From Octopus sinensis (lineage: Eukaryota), in the NCBI RefSeq assembly GCF_006345805.1, contig NC_043005.1, positions 98,146,001-98,210,000 on the forward strand: a stretch of 64,000 nt of DNA, given 5' to 3'. A program made the position numbers and the translations under genes. Shown piece by piece: positions 13,621 through 25,809 of this stretch. A model generated the notes under the pieces. It had not been told where the DNA came from. It was given only the letters and a program-made list of their open reading frames with translations, and made no database searches. Each line of letters starts with the position of its first letter. The stretch's first letter is position 1.

Positions 13621-13674
13621 ATATATATTATATATATATATACATACATATTATATATATATAATCATCATCAT

Positions 13675-13980
13675 CATCATCATCATCGTTAAACGTCCGT
13701 TTTCCGCGCTAGCATGGTTGGACAGTTTCGACCGGGGTCTGGGGAGCCAGGGGCTGCCCCAGGCTCCAGTCTGGTCTGGCAGTGTTTTCTACAGCTGGAT
13801 GCCCTTCCTAACGCCAACCACTCCGCGAGTGTAGTGGGTGTTTTTACGTGCCACCTGCACAGGTGCCAGAGGGGTCTGGTATCGGCCACGGTCGGTTGGT
13901 GCTTTTTTATTGCCACCTGCACAGAAGCCAGTTGGGGCGGTGCTGCATCGGCCACATTCGGATGGTGCTTTTTATGTGGG
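13675..13980 (-). mobile_element. Young truncated RTE 3' tail
   Basis: High identity to 24690-25024 including repeated GGTGGCACGTAAAAAGCACC modules and (GAT)n. Confidence 0.9.
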
Positions 13981-14654
13981 GGGGGGGTGCAGAAATATAG
14001 GGGAGCACAGTGGGGAGGGGTGGTTCAGAGAAATGATGACAGGTTCTAGGCAAGTAGAACGTAGGATATCAAGAGAGGGGTAATGCATGGTGAAATAGCG
14101 TATTGAGGAGGGGGTTTCGAAGAGTAGACACCTATAATGGTGGTGGGAGAAGCGACATCTGGTATAGATGAGCAAAATATAGAGATATCCGGTATTGGTG
14201 GTGGGGGTGGGCAGGGCGGGTGCACCGCAAATACGCGAAGGTTGATATAGATGAGAGAGCGAGACTTGGTTGGGCAGAATTAATAGAGAAGAAATGGAGA
14301 AATTAGATAAAATAGTTAGATAGATAAAAAACAACAGATAAAAAAACATGTATGATTGGTCGAGAAGTGAAAATAAGCATTCAAACTTATCTGTGCTCGG
14401 GATTATAGCTGCTAGGTGAATGAGAGAGCACATGTTGGGGCTCATGTTGGAGCACATGTATGTATGTATATATATATAACTTTTTTGAGAGAAAGTGGAG
14501 AGAATAGCTCTTTTTGGAACTGGTTCTTGAAGTACAAATAATAACTAATAATAATAGCATGTAATATTCGGTTGCCATTATTCATAGCTTTATATGTACT
14601 TCCAATTCAAAAGAAGAATCTACATATAAATGTACATGTTTGTGAGTACGTGTA

Positions 14655-14719
<65 letters not shown>

Positions 14720-15599
14720 ATGTATGTGTGTGTGTGTGCATGCGCATAATCATTACAAAGTAATTATAAAGTAAAAATGGAAGTATCTGTGCCTGTACCT
14801 TTTTAATGATTAAACTGACTCTACCAAGATGCTACTGCTTTAGTCCTGACACACTCTGAAATCAAATCACTTATTTGCCAAACATATGCAGTTTAGAAAA
14901 ATAACACAACATCATTAAGACCATCATTATTATCATTACGAAAAATTATAAAATAATTTCATGAATATTTTTTTTTTCTTACTTCATAAAGCCTTCAAGT
15001 TTTCAAATGATTTATTCCCTGATGTTACCAAACAAAAGCATCTATTTTATTTGATTTCTTTTTCAAACGTGAGAATTTATATTTAATAGCAACATCACAA
15101 GACTGAAATACTGCAAGACTGGTGATCTGTTTTGCATGTTATCTTTATAATCAATGATAGTAAATCATTTTTCAAAAATCTTCTTTGTATTATTTCTGTT
15201 TTGCTTCTTTTATTTTTTTCTCATCAAAAGATGGTGGAGTAGACGATTGGGGTTGTAGAGTATGGGTCTAAACTGATTGCTGGCAGAATTGTTAGTGTGC
15301 CGGGCAAAATGCTTAGTGGCATTTCATCTGTCTATATGTTCTGAGTTCAAATGGTACCGAGATTTACTTTGCCTTTCATCGTTTTGGGGTCGATAAAATA
15401 AGCACCAGTTGACTCTGGGGCCAACGTAATCTATTTATCACCCACCCCCAAATTTGAAACCAATATTTGCTTTCATCCCTTAAGAAATTTGCTTTTCAAA
15501 TATGTGGCTTCAGGTTCAATTCTGCAGTATGGCACCTTGGGCATGTGTTTTCTGCTATAGCCCCAGGTCAATCAAAGCCTTGTAAGAAAAAATCCCATC

Positions 15600-15639
<40 letters not shown>

Positions 15640-15869
15640 GTGTGTGTGTGTGTTTGTGTTCGTGTGTTTGTGTTTGTGTGTGTGTATCTGCTGAGATGAT
15701 TCAAAAACACCACACCTAATAACCTAATTGTATATCCTTTCTACCCCTCTGATGAGATTTTGTCTAATATAATGATTTAATTATTGCAATTTAATGTTTT
15801 AGGATAAATCAAAACAGCTGTAAGAGAATATGTATTTTTGCAGATTATAAATTATATTAATGCTATATT

Positions 15870-16882
15870 TCCATTTTCTAAATTTTCTGTATATATATAT
15901 ACACAGAAAATTTAGAAAATATAGGCTGTATATATATATATATATATATACTACACATAGCTAAAAGGCCGATTATATATATATATATATATATATAATG
16001 AAATTTAAATTTTCTAAAGGTTAGTTGCCTGTTTTCAGTTTCAATTTTCCTGTAACAAGTGGATTATAAGTGGATAAATCAGTGTATTGGCTTTAGAATA
16101 ACCCTCTTTAGCCCTTAATTATAAGATGTTTATACTTCAACCGTAACGATTTTTTAATATACTGCCACGCTTCCTGATGGATTTGTTTTCTGTAGAGAAA
16201 GGGACTTCATCCTATATTGTTAGTAGTAAACTCACTGCTTGCTACAGGAGGACCAGTAGCCATTACAATATGTAGCGGCGAAAGGTCAACACGTTGTTTC
16301 TGAGGCTGACCAAGGAATTTTTATTTTTAGATATAAGTGATGTACTTAAGTGTAGTTATGTTTTTAGCTTGTGCTTTTTCCATGATCACATGGAGTATTT
16401 TATTTATATCCCCTCGAAACTCTACTGATAAAGAATATATCTTTTAATAAGATTAATTCCGAAATTGATTCAATATAGAGATAACGAAATTAAATTTTTC
16501 TAAAGGTTATTTGCCCGTTTTCAGTTTCAATTTTCCTGTAACAAGTGGATTAAAGTGGATAATCAGTGTATTGGCTTTAGAATAACCCTCTTTAGCCCTT
16601 AATTATATATATATATATAATATATCTATATATATAGATAGATAGATATAGGATAAAAATTATTCATTTATAATTAATAAATTTCACCAAGTAGTTTTCG
16701 GTTGGAAGAACCATATTCGGTAAAAACCTTATACAAGAAGTTTTATATATAATTATAACAATAATTAGGGTTTAACAATTGAGTTGCTTAACCACATACC
16801 GAAAAATTTAGAAATGACTGATATTTCTAAATTTTTCGGTATGTGGTTAAGCAACTCGTTGCTAAACCCTTAATTATTGTTA

Positions 16883-16895
<13 letters not shown>
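15870..16895. repeat. (TA)n-embedded cluster of inverted and direct repeats, probably PLE termini
   Basis: 18-bp IR 15873-15890/15903-15920; about 120-bp direct repeat 16003-16125/16487-16606; about 145-bp palindrome 16745-16892. Confidence 0.75.
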
Positions 16896-16949
<54 letters not shown>

Positions 16950-17017
16950 TGTTATTACAAAAGTATAGAATAACCCATCAGATTAATGCAAATTGTTTTT
17001 ATTATAACTGAACATAA

Positions 17018-17234
17018 GGCGGTGAGCTGGCAGAATCATTAGCATGCCGGGTGAAATATTGAACAGTATTTTGTCTGCTGCTACATTCTGAGTTCAAATA
17101 GCACTGGGGTTGACTTTGCTTTTCATCCTTTTGAGGGTCAATTAAATAAGTATCAGTTATGTACTGGGGTTGATGAAATCGACTAGCCCCTCCCCCAAAT
17201 TTCAGGATTTGTGCCTATAGTAGAAAAGATTATC
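17018..17234 (+). mobile_element. Complete SINE A with tail type 2 and 11-bp TSD
   Basis: TSD ACTGAACATAA at 17007-17017 and 17235-17245; tail ...CCCCTCCCCCAAATTTCAGG.TTTGTGCCTATAGTAGAAAAGATTAT. Confidence 0.9.
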
Positions 17235-17317
17235 ACTGAACATAAAAACCATTTACACACACATATATATGCATATATAGGCACACTTCAGTAACACAGT
17301 GGAAGTATGTTGTGTAG

Positions 17318-17826
17318 ATATTTGTAATCAGAAACCTTATTTAAGAGCGTATTATTGAGAGTATGGATGATGAAATCGCTGTTGGACAGGCACTGGTTTA
17401 CATATTCAGTCTTCGACTCATTGAGGTAAAGACCTACACAATTTGAGGCTTGTTCAAGAGATTGTAAAAGAGACTGGGCATTGGAGACAGAATAACTGAT
17501 AAGAGCAATGTCATCAAAATCTCTCGTGGAAGTGTCATCCAACCAAAGTACAAATATATGGGAAACTACCACCTGTATCATATCTTGTGAAAGGTAGAAG
17601 AGTCCAGTTTGCTGGACATTGTTGTAGAGCTGAAAACGAGGTAATTTCTACTCTTCTCCTCTGGAAGCCATCTGCTCGCGATACCAGAGGGCGCACACTC
17701 GCCTACCCTGATGTAATCTCCAGGGATACAGGCATCCAGCAACAGAACCTCTGTAATGCTATGATGGACCGTGAGGTCTGGCGTAGTAAATTCCATTGTC
17801 TCGGCCACGGTTGAACAATGATGATG
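17318..17826. mobile_element. RTE-like LINE insertion with inverted 5' part
   Basis: Minus 17585-17318 encodes DFDDIALISYS..VGLYLNESKTEY..DYKY; plus 17586-17826 encodes KGRRVQFAGHCCRA..DREVWR followed by (GAT)n; TSD ATGTTGTG(T/C)AG. Confidence 0.8.
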
Positions 17827-18855
17827 ATGTTGTGCAGTAACATGACCTTAGTTCTAAATGACCAGACTAATTTTTTTTTTAACTAAGTACCACTTGACCA
17901 AGCAAGAGGTGATTAGCACTGGTGAAAACAATGTACTTGCTAAATCTATTTATTAGAAATCGAACCAAGGAAGAGTTTCTCCCTCCTATAAAAATTGCTG
18001 CTAAATCTCTCTCAAATCACACTCTACGATCTTAAATTAATAAAGAATACACTGGATTATGTAGTTGTTGATATGCTCAAAAATAAGTGGTAGTCTCTGT
18101 TAGGGTGACCTGTAACAAAAGAACTATAACTACTTTGAAAGACACCTAGCTCCTATGTTTTGATTGCAAAACATTCCTTTACATCTGTTTCCCCAAATAG
18201 CTGTGTCCCTTGTCTACAATTGTCCTACCTCTGTTTCTGCCTTTATATTTCACACCTCTGCTTCTACAACTGTCACGTCTTGTCCTACCTCAGTTTTCAC
18301 TCTTATAATTCACACCTCCGCTTCTACAAATGTTGCATCACTGCTTTAAGAAATGTCACATTGCTGTTTTAGCAAACAAGACATTTCAGTGAATGTATTT
18401 ACAAACGCCACAACAAGTGTTGGTGCTACAAGTCAAATGGAGCAATCCATAATGTTGAGCAAAATTCTCCTCTGGAAATGGCTTGTAACCAAGAGAAACA
18501 GAAAGGTTAACAAACAAACAAGAAATTGGCAAATATAAAACACAAATTTTGCAAAAGAAACTCTGAAACCCTGTATGAAAATAGTGGAGTAAAGTGTGTT
18601 TGTGTGTATGAATTCATTTGCATGTGTATATGTGTATGTATGTGTTAACATTGTGCATGTGTGTGGGTAAGAGTGTGAATAAAACAGCTTTGAATTAACA
18701 TATGTCACCCCCACCCCCCACCTTGGCACAGATCAATTTCTCACAAGACATTGATTTATTCATTCATATTTATTTGCTTTCGGAAGAAACGAGTTGGGTT
18801 GGCAGTGGGAGAATTGACTCACTGCTTTATTGCAAATTTGTTGGGTGTATTACTT

Positions 18856-18910
18856 CTTTCTTTCTTTCCTTCTTTCTTTCTTTCTTTATTCCTTCCTTTC
18901 TTTATTCATT

Positions 18911-18942
<32 letters not shown>

Positions 18943-19112
18943 TTCTTTCTCTCTTCCTTTCTTTCTCTTCATTCCTTTCTTTCTTTCTTTCTTCCTTCCT
19001 TTCTTTCTTCTTTCCTTCCTTTCTTTCTTTCTTCTTTCCTTTCTTTCTTTCCTTCTTTCTTTCTTTCTCTCTTCCTTTCTTTCTCTTTATTCCTTTCTTT
19101 CTCTTTATTCCT

Positions 19113-19144
<32 letters not shown>

Positions 19145-19920
19145 TATTCCTTCCTTCCTTCCTTTCTTTCTTTCTTTCTCTCTTCCTTCCTTTCTCTTTC
19201 TTTCTTTCTTTCATTCTTTCTCTCTTCCTTTCTTTCTCTTTATTCCTTTCGTTCTTTCTTTATTTCTTTCTTTATTCCTTCCTTCCTTCCTTCCTTCCTT
19301 CCTTTTCTTTATTTCTTTCTCTCTTCCTTCCTTTCTCTTTCTTTCTTTCTTTCTTTCTTTCTCTCTTCCTTCCTTTCTCTTTCTTTCTTTCTCTCTTCCT
19401 TCCTTTCTCTTTCTTTCTTTCTCTCTTCCTTCCTTTCTCTTTCTTTCTTTCTTTTTCTTTCTCTCTTCCTTCCTTTCTCTTTCTTGCTTTCTTTCTTTCT
19501 TTCTCTCTTCCTTCCTTTCTCTTTCTTGCTTTCTTTCTTTCTTTCTTTCTCTCTTCCTTTCTTTCTCTTTCTTTCTTTCTTTCTTTCCTCCTTTCTTTCT
19601 TTCTTTCCTTCTTTCTTCCTTCCTTTCTTTCTTCTTTCTTTCATTCTTCTTTCCTTTCTTTCTTACTTTCTTTCTTTCTTTCTTTCTCTCTTTCTTTCTC
19701 TCTTCCTTTCTTTCTTTCTCTCTTTCTTTATTCCTTACTTCCTTTCTTTCTTTCTTTCTTTCTTTCTCTCTTCCTTTCTTTCTCTTTATTCCTTTCTTTC
19801 TTTCCCTCTTCCTTTCTTTCTCTTTCTTTCTTTCGTTCTTTCTTTCTCTCTTCCTTCCTTCCTTCCTTCCTTTCTTCCTTCCTTCCTTCCTTCCTTCCTT
19901 CCTTCCTTTCTTCCTTTTTT
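18856..19920. repeat. About 1.06-kb (CTTT)n/(CCTT)n polypyrimidine tract
   Basis: Directly visible; produces the spurious 380-446 aa F/L/S ORFs. Confidence 0.97.
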
Positions 19921-20243
19921 TTTTGTTTTTTCTTCTTCTGTTTTATGGAAAACAGAAAATCCAATTTGACATCATTCCCCCCTGTGTTTGTGCGGTTAAT
20001 GTTCATTTTCTTATTGCTGCTTCATTATCACTGAGGTCTTAATCAATTTCTTCTTTATTTCATTCTCCTCCTGTAATCGGTAACACTGTTAATGACATAA
20101 TATTGATTATTTCGAGAACGTCTTTCAGTTCACCGGATAAAATGACTGGCGATTTGACAACAACAACAAAACCAACTAAAACAAACAAAGCACAAAACTA
20201 ACAGACACATGAAACTTTTTTTAAATAAACAAGCAAAAATTGC

Positions 20244-20291
<48 letters not shown>

Positions 20292-20444
20292 TATAGCCAT
20301 AAACAGCAAAAAACAACAATTATTTCACCTCAGTTCAGTGCATTAATTGTCAGGTTGGTGCCTAAATATTATGATATGGTAGGATGGGGAGTAATTAAAC
20401 TAACCCAAAACAGCCAAATTATTTTTTACACTTCCTGATCAGCA

Positions 20445-20525
20445 TGTGTGTATGTGTGTGTGTGTGTGTGTGTGTGTATCTCTATGTATATCTATCTATA
20501 CATACATACAATATACATACATACA

Positions 20526-20561
<36 letters not shown>

Positions 20562-20567
20562 TATATG

Positions 20568-20614
<47 letters not shown>

Positions 20615-20708
20615 TTATATGTATGTGTGTGTGTATATATATATATGTATATATATACATACTACATACATACATACACACATACATACTAATATATATA
20701 TATGTAAT

Positions 20709-20742
<34 letters not shown>
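20445..20742. repeat. (TG)n/(ATAC)n/(TA)n compound microsatellite
   Basis: Directly visible. Confidence 0.95.
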
Positions 20743-20743
<1 letters not shown>

Positions 20744-20989
20744 ACTCGCTTCAAAATATCTAAAGAATACGCACAGATCATGAATGGCTAAAAGTTAAGT
20801 GAATCGTCCAACCTCGCTACGACTACCTTCTTTCTTGCACTTATTCTTATTCTTTCTCTATTCTTCATTTCCATCTCATTGTATTGTCCCTCATTCTTTC
20901 AGTATTCCCTCATTACCCTGTCTAGCTCAAACATTTTTTTCGTTTAGACTTGTCTACAGGTTCATAGCCACTCTGATTTTTCAATTTTT

Positions 20990-23900
20990 CGTTTAGTGTT
21001 GTCTCCCGATTCATACAAACCCATTTGCTAGCTCATACGATTAACAGAACCTCTTTACTCAGACGGTGCACCCGCCCTCCCACCCCCCCACGCCACGCAT
21101 GCCGGAAGTTCCTATTCTCTGCCATTCCGGGGTTGCTTCCCATGAAGACTGCAAATGTTCTCACCATCCCTACCCCTCCCTACCCCTAGTCTCGACCTAT
21201 GTAAGGTAATGTTCATACAGTGCAAAATATGAAGGCTAGCGTTATGCAGGTTGTACTGAAGGCTACTTTACTACTTCATTTCTTGCACATGAATTCTGCC
21301 AAATGCGAGCTTTCTTTTCAGGTACACGAAGCTACTGTCCACCGTCCCAGGGTCTCTAGAGCCCATGCCTCCCACACCCTCAGGGTTGGCACCCTCAACG
21401 TTGGCACTCTGAAAGGTAGGTCTGGTGAGATAGTCGAGATGCTTGAACGGAGATGTGTGGATATATGTTGCATGCAAGAAATAAGGTGGAGAGGAGGATC
21501 AGCTAGGTTCCTCACAGGCAAGGAACGCAGGTACAAGATTTTCTGGGCAGGGAACACTGACGGGGTTGGTGGCGTGGGTATACTTATCGCTGAGAAATGG
21601 GTAGATAAAGTAATTGAGGTAATCAGAGTATGTGACAGAATACTTAAGATTAGATTAGTGCTTCATCATAGTTTAGCAACCATTATATCAGCCTATGCTC
21701 CTCAGTCGGGGCTACCCGATGGACAGAAAGACCGATTCTATGACACTCTACTGCAGACTACCTCGTTGACGAACGACAGAGACCTTATCTTTGTGGCTGG
21801 TGACTTCAATGGTCACGTTGGACGACATGCTGGGGGCTTCCATGGCGTACATGGAGGCTATGGCTATGGCTCCCGCAACGAGGAGGGAACCAGGCTGCTG
21901 GAGTTCTGCGATGCAAATAATCTTATGATTTGCAACACTAACTTCAGGAAACCTACCAGCCACCTAGTCACTTACCAATCGGGCCAACATACCAGCCAAA
22001 TTGACTACATCCTTACAAGGCAAGGGAGAGATGGCTGCTTATAAATGCCAAAACCTTCCCAGGTGAAGAATGTACCCCACAACATAGACTGGTAGTTAGT
22101 GACTTTAGGATCAGGACTAGGAGGACAACCAGAAGACGACAAATATGGAGAAGAAGGATCTGGAAGCTTAAAGATCCTGCAAATGGACAGAGATTTAGGG
22201 ACATATTACTTGAAGCCTCTGACGAAGTAGAAGGGGATAGAGCATCACAGGGGGTAGAAGACAGCTGGACGTTTCTAAGGGACAACCTGCTGAGAGCCAC
22301 TGACCAGATCTGTGGCTGGTGCAAAGTCCCCTCTCGACCTAGAATAACGTGGTGGTGGAACAATATTGTAGACAGGGCTATTAGAGAAAAGAGACAGGCT
22401 TGGAAGGTCTGGAAAAATGGGGGTAGCAGGGATTGTATCAGACTGCCAAAAGAGAAGCTAGGAGACAGGTTTATTTAGCCAGAGGGGAAGCAGATAAGAA
22501 AAAATTTGCCAATGTTCTGCGCCGTGAGGACCAAAGACTGGAGGTGTTTCGTGTTGCAAGACAGTGTGTGAGAGAGAATCGTGATGTGGTAGGAGAGAAG
22601 TGTGTTCGCATGGAAGATGGTTCACTTGCGCTAAATGAGGATGCAAAGAGAGAGGTTTGGAGATGCCACTATGAAAGGTTGCTGAATGAAGAAAATGAAT
22701 GGGATAAAGAGAGTCTGCCGAATGTTGACCCAACAGAGGGACCAGCTATCCGAGTTGATAGTTCCGTGGTAGCTAAGGCAATTAGAAGCATGAAGACAGG
22801 GAAAGCCCCAGGCCCATCAGGAATCACTGCAGAGATGCTCAAAATGTCTGGTAGTGTCGGCTATAGCCTAGTCACCCGTATAGTTAATCAGGTGATACAC
22901 AAAGGGGTCATACCCAATGACTGGTGTAGCAGTATAATAGTCAACTGCTACAAAGGTAAAGGTGATGCCCTAGATACAAATAACTACAGAGGTATCAAGC
23001 TGTTGGACCAGGTGATGAAGGTTACGGAGAGGGTCATAGCCCAACTAATTAGAGAGAGAGTTAGTTTAGATGAGATGCAGTTTGGGTTTGTGCCAGGGAA
23101 AAGTACTACTGATGCTATATTCCTGGTAAGGCAGCTGCAGGAGAAATACCTAGCCAAAGATAAGCCCCTGTACCTGGCTTTTGTTGACATGGAGAAAGCC
23201 TTCGACAGGGTCCCCCGATCCCTTATCTGGTGGGCAATGAGGAAACTAGGGATAGATGAATGGTTAGTGAGAGCTGTGCGGGCCATGTATAGGGACGCCG
23301 CTAGTAGGGTGAGGGTTGGAAATGAGTACAGTGAAGAATTCCGGGTAGAGGTAGGGGTCCACCAAGGCTCAGTACTCAGCCCCCTCCTATTTATCATAGT
23401 CCTCCAGGCAATAACGGAGGAATTCAAGACAGGATGCCCTTGGGAGCTCCTCTATGCTGATGACCTTGCTCTAATTGCTGAGTCGCTATCAGAACTGGAG
23501 GAGAAGTTTCAGGTGTGGAAACAAGGATTAGAATCGAAGGGCCTCAGAGTCAATCTAGCTAAAACCAAAGTCGTAATCAGTAGGAAGGTAGACAAATCAC
23601 AAACACCTTCAGGTAGATGGCCCTGCTCGATCTGTAGAAAAGGTGTAGGTAGAAACTCTATAAGATGCACCAAGTGTAAGCTATGGACACATAAGAGATG
23701 CAGCAATGTCAAAGGAAGGCTAACTAGGAAGATGGTTTTGTGTATGTGGCAGATGCTCAGGAACAATAAACACTGAAAATGCTCTGAGACCAACTTCCGT
23801 CACTTTCCAGGGAGAAAAACTAGAAATAGTTGATAGTTTCCGTTACCTAGGTGACCAAGTCAGCAGCGGGGGCGGGTGTGCTGAAAGTGTAACTGCTAGA

Positions 23901-25024
23901 GTAAGAATAGCTTGGGCAAAGTTCAGAGAGCTCTTACCTCTGCTGGTGACAAAAGGCCTCTCGCACAGAGTGAAAGGCAGACTGTATGATGCGTGTGTAC
24001 GAACAGCCATGCTACATGGCAGTGAAACATGGGCCGTGACTGCTGAGGATATGCGTAAGCTCGCTAGAAATGAAGCCAGTATGCTCCGATGGATGTGTAA
24101 TGCCGGTACTCACACTCGGCAGAGTGTAAGTACCTTGAGAGAAAAGCTGGACCTAAGAAGCATCAGTTGTGGTGTGCAAGAGAGACGTTTGCGCTGGTAT
24201 GGTCATGTGGCGAGAATGGATGAAGATAGTTGTGTGAAAAAGTGCCACACCCTAGCGGTTGAGGGAACCTGTGGGAGGCAGACCCAGGAAAACCTGGGAC
24301 GAGGTGGTGAAGCACGACCTTCGAACTTTAGGTCTCACTGAGGAAATGACTAGAGACCGAGACCTCTGGAAGTGTGCTGTGCGCGAGAAGACCCGGCAGG
24401 ACAAGTGAGTCCATAACCCGTGGCCTTCTACATGGGATGGAGCCAGCCTACGTATGCATACCTTCCTTCTTGGGACACAAAACTCTACTTGTGAAGACGT
24501 GTGAGGCAAGTGAGGATCAGAATCGAAATCGATCAATGGAAATTGCGGATGTGCTACCAGTGCCGGTGGCATGTCAAAACTCTGCTTGTGAAGACCCGTT
24601 GAGGCAAGTGAGGATCAGAATCGAAATCGATCAATGGAAATCGATCAATGGAAATTGCAGATGTGTTACCAGTGCCGGTGGCATGTAAGAGAACTTTCCG
24701 TTTCGCGACCGTTGCCAGCACCGCCCCGTTTCGTGTCCGTTGCCAGCCTCGCCTGGCCCTCGTGCCGGTGGCACATAAAAAGCACCATCCGTTCGTGGCC
24801 GTTTGCCAGCTCTGTCTGGCACCAGTGCGGGTGGCACGTAAAAAGCACCCACTACACTCACGGAGTGGTTGGCGTTAGGAAGGGCATCCAGCCGTAGAAA
24901 CACTGCCAGATTTGACTGGGCCTGATGAAGCCTTCTGGCTTCACAGACCCCAGTAGAACCGTCCAACCCATGCTAGCATGGAAAACGGACGCTAAACGAT
25001 GATGATGATGATGATGATGATGAT
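20990..25024 (+). mobile_element. Near-full-length RTE-clade LINE (APE endonuclease + RT), 5' boundary uncertain
   Basis: APE motifs LRVGTLNVGTL, DICCMQE, SAYAPQ, VAGDFNGHVG, SQIDYIL; RT motifs NYRGIKLL, QFGFVPG, FVDMEKAFDRV, GVHQGSVLSPLLF, LLYADDLAL; Cys-rich insert WPCSICRKGVGRNSIRCTKCKLWTHKRCS; repeated 3' UTR modules and (GAT)n tail. Confidence 0.95.
21322..24408 (+). pseudogene. RTE ORF (EN-RT) broken by four frameshifts (about 22020, 22430, 23745, 24275); no in-frame stops seen between them
   Basis: ORF track segments 21220-22044, 22433-23776 and 23946-24341 plus manual translation of the linking frames. Confidence 0.9.
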
Positions 25025-25039
25025 ACAAGTGTCACTATG

Positions 25040-25790
25040 AAAGGTTACTAAATGTAAAAAATGAATGGGAGAAGTCTACCAAATATCAAACCAATTGAGG
25101 GACCAGCCATCAGTGTTGAGAGCAGCATAATAGATAAGGCAGTTAAGGACATGTAGATAGCGAAAGCCCTAGGGGCATCAGGAATCAGTGCCAAGGGGAT
25201 TAAAATCAAGTCTGGAAAGTTACTAAGAGGGTTATAGCTCAATTGGTTAGAAATAGAATTAAACTAGATGTCATGCAGTTTGGTTTTGTACCTGGGAAGA
25301 GAACCACAGATGCCATCTTCTTACTGAGACAGCTGCAGGAAAAGTACTTGGCCAAAAGTAAGCCATTGTACTTAGCCTTTGTCAACATGGAGAAAGCTTT
25401 CGACAGAGTTCCCTGCTCTGTTATATGGTGATCTGTAAGGAAGTTGGGAGTAGAGGAGTGGCTTGTTAGAGCTGTACAAGCCATGCTCAGTGGTGCTGTC
25501 AGTAAGGTGAGAGTCGACCATGAATACAGTTCTCGGCCCATTCTTATTTATTATAGTCCTCCAGTCCATAACAGAGGAATTCAAAACTGGGTGCCCATGG
25601 GGACTACTATATGCTGATGACCTTGCTCTTGTCGCAGAATCTTTTGCAGAATTAGAGAAGAAATTCCAGGTATAGAAGCAAAACCTGGAATCAAAAGGTC
25701 TTAAAGTTAACCTAGCAAAGACCAAAGTTGTTAGTAAGGAAGAAGATAAAACTCTCCTTCTGTCAGGTAAATGGCCCTGCTCCATATACC
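25040..25790 (+). mobile_element. Older, deleted RT fragment of a related RTE subfamily
   Basis: QFGFVPGKRTTDAIFLLRQLQEKYL..AFVNMEKAFDRVP, CPWGLLYADDL; stops and deletions. Confidence 0.9.
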
Positions 25791-25809
25791 ACACACACAC
25801 ACACACATA

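Noticed and set aside
18702-20042. Three overlapping 379-446 aa ORFs rich in F/L/S
   Set aside because: Translations of a pyrimidine-only microsatellite that cannot contain stop codons
20444-20783. Y/I/H/T/C/V-rich ORFs (also 29.1-29.6, 41.3-41.8, 55.8-56.4 and 59.6-59.8 kb)
   Set aside because: Dinucleotide and tetranucleotide repeat translations
25024-25045. Young RTE directly abutting an older RTE fragment, as evidence of self-targeting
   Set aside because: Single instance, no TSD found, and RTE density is high enough for chance adjacency
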